A model generated the notes under the pieces. The model searched no databases, was not told the origin of the DNA, and saw nothing but the letters and a program-made list of their open reading frames with translations. A program made the translations under genes and the position numbers. From the NCBI GenBank assembly GCA_903939735.1, contig CAJAIA010000028.1, positions 48,978 through 112,977 of the forward strand: a stretch of 64,000 bases of DNA, written 5' to 3'. Shown one piece after another: positions 38,898 through 47,221 of this stretch; position 1 is the first letter of the stretch; every line of letters begins with the position of its first letter. The DNA comes from an uncultured Ignavibacteria bacterium. GTDB taxonomy: Bacteria > Bacteroidota > Ignavibacteria > Kapaibacteriales > Kapaibacteriaceae.

Positions 38898-40448
38898 TTA
38901 GCGTTGTTGCTGTGGAAGAGGCAGTACCGAAGAGACCTTGCCAGTATACGTGCCGACGCGTTCAACAACGGCCTTCACGCTTGATTCTGAGAAGTGCATG
39001 AAGTGGCGAGGAGCCACACCAATCCAGATGATGAACACAGCAAGTGGCACAAGCTGCCAATACTCGCTCGCTGTGAGGTCACGGAGATGCTTATTCTCTG
39101 GGTTGTCGTTTGTTCCGAACATTACGCGCTGGAACATCCACAGCAGATACACCGCTGCGAAGATCACACCGCTTGCGCTCACAATGGCATACATCGGGTT
39201 ATTGAGCACTGGGCTCGTATATGCGCCGAGCAGCGTGAGGAATTCACCGACGAATCCGTTGAGACCTGGAAGGCCTACCGATGCGAACATGGCAAGTGCG
39301 AAGAGCACGGCGAAGCGTGGCATAACGCTTGTGATTCCACCATAATCGGCGATTTCACGTGTGTGGCGGCGCTCATACAATGCACCAACGCACAAGAACA
39401 GCATGCCGGTCGAAAGGCCGTGATTAACCATCTGAATAACGGCACCTTGGATACCTTCGGTTGTCATCGAGAAGATGCCCAAAACAACGAAGCCCAAGTG
39501 GCTCACCGATGAATACGCAACGAGCTTCTTGATGTCGGTCTGGACCATGGCGACAAGCGCGCCATAAATGATACCGACTACGGCCAGTACCGAAATCGGC
39601 GTTGCGAATTCAACCGATGCCACTGGGAAGAGGTCGAGATTGAAACGAATCAGACCGTACGTTCCGAGCTTGAGGAGTACGCCCGCAAGGATAACGGATC
39701 CCGCTGTAGGCGCCTGCACGTGTGCATCGGGCAGCCATGTGTGCAATGGGAACAGTGGCACCTTGATCAGGAAGGACAGCGCGAAGGCCAGGAACAGCCA
39801 TGTCTGCACCTGAGGAGCAATCATTGGTGCGTGCTGACGGAGAACCGCGAGGTTGGCTGTAAAGCCATTGCCAGTCATCGCGCCTACCTCAAGGCCGAGC
39901 CAAATGATGGCAATCAGCATGAGCAGCGAGCCGACGAGCGTATACAGGAAGAACTTAATGGCTGCGTAGATACGATCCTTGCCGCCCCATATACCGATGA
40001 TGAAGTACATCGGGATGAGGATGAGTTCCCAGAACACGTAGAACAGGAATGTGTCCGTTGCCATGAAGACGCCGGTCATACCAAACTGCAGAAGCAGCAT
40101 AAGTACGTTGTATTCCTTGACGCTCTTCGTGACCGAGTTCCAGGATGTCAGGAACGCGATCGGCATGATCAGTGTCGTGAGCAGAACCAGGAGCAATGAC
40201 GTACCGTCGATACCCAGACGAAGTCCGGCATCGATAGACGTCAACCACGGCATATCAACGGTGAACTGCATTGCCGACGAACTAGCGTCGAATCCCGGGA
40301 CGAGGAGTGTCGACCCAAGGAATGTCAGCACCGAGAAGACCAAGGCGGTTGTCTTGATCGCCTTTCCTTGATCCCGATGGATAAAGAGCAGTGCCAACGA
40401 CCCCGCAAGGGGTGCAAATAATGTAGCGAGCAACGCGGCTGTGCCCAT
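38898..40448 (-). CDS. nuoM: NADH-quinone oxidoreductase subunit M
   Basis: 516 aa antiporter-like subunit; NuoM-type motifs (WLPDAH..P). Confidence 0.85.
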   Translation of the reverse strand: MGTAALLATLFAPLAGSLALLFIHRDQGKAIKTTALVFSVLTFLGSTLLVPGFDASSSAMQFTVDMPWLTSIDAGLRLGIDGTSLLLVLLTTLIMPIAFLTSWNSVTKSVKEYNVLMLLLQFGMTGVFMATDTFLFYVFWELILIPMYFIIGIWGGKDRIYAAIKFFLYTLVGSLLMLIAIIWLGLEVGAMTGNGFTANLAVLRQHAPMIAPQVQTWLFLAFALSFLIKVPLFPLHTWLPDAHVQAPTAGSVILAGVLLKLGTYGLIRFNLDLFPVASVEFATPISVLAVVGIIYGALVAMVQTDIKKLVAYSSVSHLGFVVLGIFSMTTEGIQGAVIQMVNHGLSTGMLFLCVGALYERRHTREIADYGGITSVMPRFAVLFALAMFASVGLPGLNGFVGEFLTLLGAYTSPVLNNPMYAIVSASGVIFAAVYLLWMFQRVMFGTNDNPENKHLRDLTASEYWQLVPLAVFIIWIGVAPRHFMHFSESSVKAVVERVGTYTGKVSSVLPLPQQQR

Positions 40449-40485
40449 AGGCGTCCAGTTCCGTTCTTCGATGTTGACGATGCGA

Positions 40486-40518
40486 ATAAAAAGCCCCGCA
40501 ATATAGCAAATTGGGCTC
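40486..40518 (-). terminator. putative terminator after the 9-gene operon
   Basis: Short GC stem (GAGCCC...GGGGCT) followed by TTTTT on the minus strand, between the beta-barrel gene and nuoM. Confidence 0.35.
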
Positions 40519-40533
40519 CCACGGACGGGTGAA

Positions 40534-41343
40534 TCAGAGTCCGGCCCGCCACATTACACCGACACGAAGTGCTACGGCGTTCCAATCGGTTGGATCTCTG
40601 GTAATCGGGGTAGCCGCATGAACCATCACATACGGGGTAACGAGCTGTCCGGTATATCCAAACAAACCAGCCATGATATTGACCGCGCATCCGAGTTGGA
40701 AGCCGATGCGGGTGTCCGTCGTAATCGTCGGACTGAACTGGATGCTGGTTTGTGGAAACCCTGGTTCATCGCTGACAGTCATTGTGTCGGCCAATTCTTC
40801 CTGTTGCCATACACTGGCACTCACGGAAACCGGAACGTCCAGTGTTGGTCCTGCCATAATCACTACGCCCTGGGTTCCGACGTACCACGTGGCCATGGCT
40901 GACGCGATAACGGAGAATCTGCTCACAGTTGTCGTGAATGTGGCGTTGTACGAATAGGGTTGTTGGCTAACAGGTTGCGTTGAGGTGCTCTGCAATCTCT
41001 GAACGTCGACGCCGACCATACAGATTGCACCAAAGGAAGATCGATACGGACGATACTCAATCGTCGGAGCGATCATCATGCTGGCTCCCCAACCACCTTC
41101 CGTGCGTGCGTGTGCCGAAGGGAGTTCTGGCACCGGCGACGTGATATACGTAAGGTCCAGCGTCCCGAATGCCTGATGCAGTCCGCCAGCAAGAGAGCCC
41201 CCTACCCACCACTGCTCGCGCATGAGCAGGCCTTCACGGGGCGTCTCGAGATCTTCGGCCGCCGACCCAGGAATGAGCTGCGCATAAACATGGCCTCCGA
41301 GAAGGAGTGCAAGCGCAACGAGGATGATGCGAGCGTTGGTCAT
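40534..41343 (-). CDS. outer-membrane beta-barrel protein, PorP/SprF-like (putative), last gene of the 9-gene operon
   Basis: Signal peptide MTNARIILVALALLLGGHVYAQ; beta-strand periodicity; C-terminus ...TDWNAVALRVGVMWRAGL is paralogous to 34371-35138; ATGA overlap with the upstream gene. Confidence 0.6.
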   Translation of the reverse strand: MTNARIILVALALLLGGHVYAQLIPGSAAEDLETPREGLLMREQWWVGGSLAGGLHQAFGTLDLTYITSPVPELPSAHARTEGGWGASMMIAPTIEYRPYRSSFGAICMVGVDVQRLQSTSTQPVSQQPYSYNATFTTTVSRFSVIASAMATWYVGTQGVVIMAGPTLDVPVSVSASVWQQEELADTMTVSDEPGFPQTSIQFSPTITTDTRIGFQLGCAVNIMAGLFGYTGQLVTPYVMVHAATPITRDPTDWNAVALRVGVMWRAGL

Positions 41344-42677
41344 CGCAGAATCTGCCCCTTGAGAATAACCCGAGATTGTTCAAGACCACTCTTCTCATCA
41401 ACTGGGACACCAACAAGGACGATGTTGACCAACCCTTGCGCTGCAATGGAGGATGCATCAAGTCGCGCTCGGTATCGCTGACCGCGCTCGTAGACGACGT
41501 TACGGATTGGATTACCATCGGGATCAACCAGAGTCGCGATCCTACGTCCACCAACATCGTATGCTTCAGCCGTCAGCACAAGACGATCATCAATATTGAA
41601 CTGGACTGTTGTTGTCGATGCGAAGGGATTCTCGAGCAGCACTGCATTGGAAATGATCGGCGTACCGATTCGAATGACAACTGTGTCGATAGCTATGGTG
41701 TCACCACCGTACTCCGGACGGCGCAGACCCATGAGTCGGTAGGCATATTGCTCACGGCGGTACTCAACGGGGTCGAGATATCCATCGCGCGTCTGTGGCG
41801 CAAGACACTGACACGACAGCAATGATGCATCTTGCGCATAGGAGAGTAAGGGGCGCGCAGCGAACGCATAGACAGTTGGATCGCGACGGTCGACGAGTGC
41901 CCGCTCGAACCAGTAACCATAATAACAATGCTCGTCGGTGACGTCGAAACCGAGCCGCACTTGAAGGTTGCCAGCATATTCTCCACGAAGCGTGAATTGC
42001 GCAGTACAGGAATCGCGAGGTGGATCGGATGTCGTGAACACCACGTACGATCCCATAGGCACGTTGTCGTGACGCAGATACCATACGTGCGATCCAATCG
42101 CTGTTGTCGTAACGCTATCCGACGAACGCTTGTACGAGAGTGCGAGCAGCCGCGTGTCGGTCGCGTAAGCGAGCGTATCAGATATCTGTGAGCCATCGCG
42201 CGTCGCAAGTCGAAACCTTCCGATACACAACGAGTCTCCTATGGACATCAAACGGATGCATTGATCTACGGAATCTGGGCATATCATCATCACCGACGCA
42301 TAGCCATCAATGATGTCTGTTTGTATGTGATACGCGGTGCGACCGCTTTGTTGGTACGGACCCAACGGAGCGAGCTGCGATGTTCCCGGCTCGTAGGTAA
42401 ATGTGTGTCGGCTTGAATCGAGCCCGTTTGCATTCTGCATTGTAGGCACGCCGATACGAAGAGTGGCTGTCGCAACATGCTGCCACGCAGACGATCGCTT
42501 CATTATCCAGAACTCTACGAGTGCGGATTCCGGACGCGGATCAAGGACAGTTCGCAGAACAACACTGGCAAGCGTGTCTTGCTGTGCATGTGCCGACGAC
42601 AGCACAGCCATCACAAGCGCAATGATGCAAACGACATGCTTCGCAAAGTGTTTACCGAGGTATCGCACTGTTGTCAC
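41340..42677 (-). CDS. secreted protein with T9SS-type C-terminal sorting domain (operon gene H)
   Basis: GTG start; signal peptide; C-terminal ~90 aa LENPFASTTTVQFNIDDRLVLTAEAYDVGGRRIATLVD...LDASSIAAQGLVNIVLVG...VILKG fits the Por_Secre_tail pattern. Confidence 0.6.
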   Translation of the reverse strand: MTTVRYLGKHFAKHVVCIIALVMAVLSSAHAQQDTLASVVLRTVLDPRPESALVEFWIMKRSSAWQHVATATLRIGVPTMQNANGLDSSRHTFTYEPGTSQLAPLGPYQQSGRTAYHIQTDIIDGYASVMMICPDSVDQCIRLMSIGDSLCIGRFRLATRDGSQISDTLAYATDTRLLALSYKRSSDSVTTTAIGSHVWYLRHDNVPMGSYVVFTTSDPPRDSCTAQFTLRGEYAGNLQVRLGFDVTDEHCYYGYWFERALVDRRDPTVYAFAARPLLSYAQDASLLSCQCLAPQTRDGYLDPVEYRREQYAYRLMGLRRPEYGGDTIAIDTVVIRIGTPIISNAVLLENPFASTTTVQFNIDDRLVLTAEAYDVGGRRIATLVDPDGNPIRNVVYERGQRYRARLDASSIAAQGLVNIVLVGVPVDEKSGLEQSRVILKGQILR

Positions 42678-44769
42678 GCCCCCGGTTGTTCCATGATGTA
42701 TCCCAGTCGAGCGTTGTCACTACTCCATCAAGATTTGTATCGAAGATGGAGTAACGCTGCACGACCCCACGACTTGTCCAAATACCAAGCATGTCATCGT
42801 TGGTGATCACTTCGGCGCGTCCGAGAACTGCAAGCCCTCCGTCCGTATTACCCGCCGTCATTCCGAAGTAACGACGATTACCATACGCCGATATCAACCG
42901 CTGCGTTGATGCTCCTCCGAAGAGTCCGCTACCATTCGTGAAGTCGATGTACGCTTGTGCGTTTGAGCGATCAACGAGCACAGGATCGGCTGTCGCAATC
43001 GAGAGGTGATTGCGGTGACGCACCACCAAATGATAGAGACCCGGCTGGATACTATCGATTGTCTTTTCCCGCAAGGTGCGCGGATCAAGCAGTGCACCCT
43101 GAGCGCTGAGGATCAATGTCTCGATATGCTCTGGCACTCCCGACGAGGTGAGATCTCGACGGAACTCAAGTGTCACCCAGTCGACGAGTGAATCGGCAAG
43201 CACAGCTACCGTATCACCTTTCGGCTCGAGATCAGCGAGGTATGGATAGATCCGCGGTGGAGTTTGCGGTAGCAAGCCACGCTGCACAAGTTCTGTTGAC
43301 ATCAAGGGCACTGCTGCATCCCCGATCGAACGCACTGCCCCCTCCAAGATGACACGTCCACGTAGCGCCCATACCGGACTCGCAGACATCCCAAACGCAT
43401 ATGATCCACCAGCACGAATGAACTGCGTCGAGCTGTATCTCCAGAGTGGCGATGACTCTATGCTGGAAAGCGTCGGCAGTTGAGAGAACCCATACTGTTG
43501 ATACAACGATCCGTCATACCGCAACAGCACGAGTTGTGATTCCTTTCCAATCAACTGCTGCGTGGTCTCAGGAGCCTTGGCACCCTCGATTGTCGGATCG
43601 TAGTTAATGCGCCATCCCCACCCCATCGTCATATCGAACGAGCTATCAGGGACGTTGCGACTGGCACTATCGAGGAACGACAACTCTAGCGATCGATCAA
43701 CTTTATAGAGGATGTCGCTGATCGGCAGCGGACGTGTTAATGGTTTACTGCGAATGCGAATCTGCTGCACGGCACCTTGTTGTTGCGGCGACGAAAACTG
43801 CACCCATGCATAGGCGTGATTCATGAGCATGCGCGGACCGTTGAGGAGTGCGGTGCGTTGCATCGTACCATCAACCTCTGCCCACGTGTTGACGAACGTG
43901 GGATCCCGTGGAGTATTCAGATAGACAGCATGTCTCAGAGTATCAAGCTCTTCGGTATAGAGCGTACCAGCCAGTGAGAGATGTCCGTTCACCCATGCAT
44001 CTCGCGACAGCGTTACACCTGCAAGAACATCCTGACGCACCGAGTCTAGCGTCGCGCGCGCCAAGGGCACCTCTGGTCCGGCAAGAATGGCTGAATCGCC
44101 ATACCACCGAAGATTTATCAATCCGCGAGCCCGGACGTCTGCCTGCAACGAGGCCTCTGCTCTGCGCCAGAGCCATGCAGCCGAATCAAGATTGATGTTG
44201 TCGGTTGCGGTGTTCTCCACACGTCCGCGCTGGAGATCCAGTCGATGTGTAACGCGCAACGCACTCAAATCGTACAGACGCACCGCATCCGCATTGGCGA
44301 TTTCGAGCACAGGCGTGCTTCCATTACCCGTTGCGGGCTGACGGACAACACCTGCAAGACGAAGTGTTCCCTGCCAGCTCAACGGATTGATATGCCCCCG
44401 GTGATTGACACTGTCAAGCGCTTCGATGAACGTCGCAGGTGTAAGATCAACCGTCACGAGTGAATCCGTTGTCAGGAACATCTGCGTCGTTCGAACGGGC
44501 CGCAGTCCATCAATGAGCATCTTTCGTGATTGTCCGCTCAGCAAGAGATGCTGATACGTGGTGTGCGCCACGAACTGACTATCAGCACGGTCCCTTCGAT
44601 ACTCAACCTGTCCGCCGATGGCTGCTTGATCGATACGAGCATTACCATGGACGGTGATAACACCTTCATTGGTGATCGTTCCCTCGCTTCGCAGATGCTG
44701 AACTGGCTGCGCGTGCATCTTTGCAACCGCGCACATCATGAGCAGCAGGAGGATGACGTTACTCCTCAT
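42652..44769 (-). CDS. large secreted hypothetical protein (operon gene G)
   Basis: Signal peptide MRSNVILLLLMMCAVAKMHAQ; 705 aa; ATGA overlap with gene F. Confidence 0.6.
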   Translation of the reverse strand: MRSNVILLLLMMCAVAKMHAQPVQHLRSEGTITNEGVITVHGNARIDQAAIGGQVEYRRDRADSQFVAHTTYQHLLLSGQSRKMLIDGLRPVRTTQMFLTTDSLVTVDLTPATFIEALDSVNHRGHINPLSWQGTLRLAGVVRQPATGNGSTPVLEIANADAVRLYDLSALRVTHRLDLQRGRVENTATDNINLDSAAWLWRRAEASLQADVRARGLINLRWYGDSAILAGPEVPLARATLDSVRQDVLAGVTLSRDAWVNGHLSLAGTLYTEELDTLRHAVYLNTPRDPTFVNTWAEVDGTMQRTALLNGPRMLMNHAYAWVQFSSPQQQGAVQQIRIRSKPLTRPLPISDILYKVDRSLELSFLDSASRNVPDSSFDMTMGWGWRINYDPTIEGAKAPETTQQLIGKESQLVLLRYDGSLYQQYGFSQLPTLSSIESSPLWRYSSTQFIRAGGSYAFGMSASPVWALRGRVILEGAVRSIGDAAVPLMSTELVQRGLLPQTPPRIYPYLADLEPKGDTVAVLADSLVDWVTLEFRRDLTSSGVPEHIETLILSAQGALLDPRTLREKTIDSIQPGLYHLVVRHRNHLSIATADPVLVDRSNAQAYIDFTNGSGLFGGASTQRLISAYGNRRYFGMTAGNTDGGLAVLGRAEVITNDDMLGIWTSRGVVQRYSIFDTNLDGVVTTLDWDTSWNNRGRDNSAIPR

Positions 44770-46832
44770 GGCAACCCCACGACAAGTCTGCCACCATTAA
44801 ATGCTGTGGCTTGCGGTGCGATCGTCAACAATGGTGTCATAAACGATGCTCCTCGATACACGAGCAGTCCAACATCAAGATTCAGTGCCGAAGTGTCTTG
44901 GATTGCCAGTGAAGATGGCGCTGTGCCGGATCGCAGCACAGTGACATACGACGAACGTTCTGGCACGAGAGCGAATTGCGCGAACGAACCCGTGCTCCCA
45001 ATGAGTAAGCTCGTTTGTGGACGTGGACCGAGTAGAAGCAACAGTGCGAGACTATCAGGGTATGCTTCGTTCACAGCATACCGATCGTTGTCGCGCACGA
45101 ATCCAGTGTGCACTGTGAATCCATCGATGATAACACGATCTACAGGTTCCGGCTCGCGTGCCTCATCCCACGTAAACGGGTTACTCCACCGTCCACTTGC
45201 AATCGCACGCAGAGTGTCGCGCGTAGCACGTAGCAGAAGATCATTGCCATTGTCTAATCGCTGATTATCCGGTCCAGTATCCGCGACGCCGGACACTTGC
45301 ACGAAACCGAAGAGTGAGCCACCCCCTGCGGGACGTCGTATATAGGTGGGAGGAGCTGACGGTGCGAGTTTGAATGCGCGAGGAAGTGGTGGACCATAGG
45401 CGTTGTAAAGCTTCATTAATCGCTCAGACGCATCAGGACCCCACGTGGCTGGAATATCGCTCGACTTATACCCCGCACTCACCGTTGCGCGCAACACACC
45501 CTGGTATGACACGGTGATTTTTCGCTCAACGTCAGTGAGCGGGTTGTAGGCGTTCGGCGGCGTTCTTGGTCGCACATCCATCGTTAGTTCCGCTGGACGC
45601 TGCTCGAACTTCATAGAGGTGTTCGTGTTGTTATACACGTATGTCGTAGACGTATCACCGCCCGCAAGCACACGCCGGAGCGCTCCGATTACTTCCGCAT
45701 CATTCCGATATGTCGCGGCACCAAGTGTCATAGATAGCGTATGTGGCACCATCACCACATCCGAGTCATGCACTGTGAGCGATCGCTCCATCCAGATGTC
45801 CCCGCGTGCAGTCTTGCGCGACGCGCTCGTCTTCATGTTCCCATATGCCGAGGCTGCCACCGTTGCTTGCAACTGTTGTGGTCGTACTGCATCGAATGCA
45901 ATGAGTGACGAGGGATGAAACTGCATGTTCGTGAGTGGCGCGTGGGTGTTGACGAAATCACCGCGCACAATCACCTGCGCCTGTTCACCCACGGTGAGTC
46001 GTGCCAAGGGTGACGACTGAATGCGTAGGGTCGCCGGCTGCTCAAGGATGAGGCTGTCGCTGCGATCACTCACAGTGAGTAGACCGTTCCGCACATCGAT
46101 GTCTGCGCCGATACGCGATACACCGCTCCCGCTTACCAACAGTCCTGCAGAGTCGATGCGAAGCACTGCTGACGTCTGAGCGCGTGTTCCCCAATACATC
46201 GAGCCATTGATATCGACACTACTGGACGCATCATTGATGAAGGCACTATCCATACGCACTTCATCGAGGTTGCTCACGTGCTTGGTCGAGAAGAGCAGTG
46301 TGAGATTGTTATAGCGATTCCCAACCGACGTGAGTCCGTTCTCCTGCGTAATGCGTTGTGGCGCAACACCATCGTAGAAGAACGTACCGACATAGCGTCG
46401 TGGACCTGAACTGCCGAGCTCATAGGTATTGCCCACGAGCACCGAATCAGGAATGCGCTTTACCGACGAGCTGTCAAGTGCAAGATCGGCATAGTATCGT
46501 GCTTGCAGACGCTGATCCACATTGCCATTACGAGCATACCGTACAAGACCCGGCACACGCCACGCGCGCGTTGCACCAAACGCCGTAGCACCGCGTGGAT
46601 TACCGGTGAGGTCTGTAAACACATTCGTCGTGCCGAGGAACTCGATCGTTCCGTTTGTGAGCGCTGCGTATGGCGCAGCATTACGCAGTGCGCCTGTGTC
46701 ACTCAAGAACCGAATCACACCAGTGTTGCGCACCACACCATTGACGTTGTTCTCCAGATGCTGTGCATGGACCGCTGACATCGCAGCCAGAAGCACAACT
46801 ATACGCGTCATATGGTGCAGTGTCGAGATCAC
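44766..46832 (-). CDS. large secreted hypothetical protein (operon gene F)
   Basis: GTG at 46832 overlapping gene E's stop (alternative ATG at 46811, MTRIVVLLAAMSAVHAQ); 688 aa. Confidence 0.6.
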   Translation of the reverse strand: MISTLHHMTRIVVLLAAMSAVHAQHLENNVNGVVRNTGVIRFLSDTGALRNAAPYAALTNGTIEFLGTTNVFTDLTGNPRGATAFGATRAWRVPGLVRYARNGNVDQRLQARYYADLALDSSSVKRIPDSVLVGNTYELGSSGPRRYVGTFFYDGVAPQRITQENGLTSVGNRYNNLTLLFSTKHVSNLDEVRMDSAFINDASSSVDINGSMYWGTRAQTSAVLRIDSAGLLVSGSGVSRIGADIDVRNGLLTVSDRSDSLILEQPATLRIQSSPLARLTVGEQAQVIVRGDFVNTHAPLTNMQFHPSSLIAFDAVRPQQLQATVAASAYGNMKTSASRKTARGDIWMERSLTVHDSDVVMVPHTLSMTLGAATYRNDAEVIGALRRVLAGGDTSTTYVYNNTNTSMKFEQRPAELTMDVRPRTPPNAYNPLTDVERKITVSYQGVLRATVSAGYKSSDIPATWGPDASERLMKLYNAYGPPLPRAFKLAPSAPPTYIRRPAGGGSLFGFVQVSGVADTGPDNQRLDNGNDLLLRATRDTLRAIASGRWSNPFTWDEAREPEPVDRVIIDGFTVHTGFVRDNDRYAVNEAYPDSLALLLLLGPRPQTSLLIGSTGSFAQFALVPERSSYVTVLRSGTAPSSLAIQDTSALNLDVGLLVYRGASFMTPLLTIAPQATAFNGGRLVVGLP

Positions 46833-47221
46833 GGACGTCCAATAATGATCTCGCCTTCGTTATTCAACTCACCGTCGTTGCGTATCACCCCATACACGTG
46901 CAGCACGCCTGGAGCATATCGCCAACAGATGCCGAAGCGATCAATAACAAGATTGCGCTCGATAACTACTTCGGACAGACGCTCCATGTACAGACCACCA
47001 AGCAAGACGCGCATCGTACCTGTGCAACGTAGCGTCGCTGTATCATACAACCGGATGTCGCCATCACTGCTTACGACGTCGCCGTCGATAACCATCGAAG
47101 CGCCTTCCTTGACATGAATCATTGCACCTGAGTTCGTAACAAGCTGAGCACTGGACGTCGAGGAGCCGAGGAGGGAACACAGCACCACAAAGAGTATCGA
47201 TATGAGTATGCGGTAGCGCAT
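46829..47221 (-). CDS. small secreted hypothetical protein (operon gene E)
   Basis: Internal Met MRYRILISILFVVLCSLLGSSTSSAQ whose ATG shares one nucleotide with gene D's TGA stop; 130 aa. Confidence 0.55.
   Translation of the reverse strand: MRYRILISILFVVLCSLLGSSTSSAQLVTNSGAMIHVKEGASMVIDGDVVSSDGDIRLYDTATLRCTGTMRVLLGGLYMERLSEVVIERNLVIDRFGICWRYAPGVLHVYGVIRNDGELNNEGEIIIGRP

Noticed and set aside
37440-40448. Reinterpreting nuoM/nuoN as Mrp antiporter MnhD/MnhA
   Set aside because: Sizes (516/477 aa) and N-termini fit NuoM/NuoN. No MnhB/C/E/F/G small-subunit genes are adjacent. Kept as complex I subunits with a note.
44530-45264. 244-aa plus ORF; also 51029-51628 plus and 47990-48526 plus
   Set aside because: Antisense to operon genes F/G, A/B and D respectively. 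The minus-strand frames have signal peptides and stop/start coupling.
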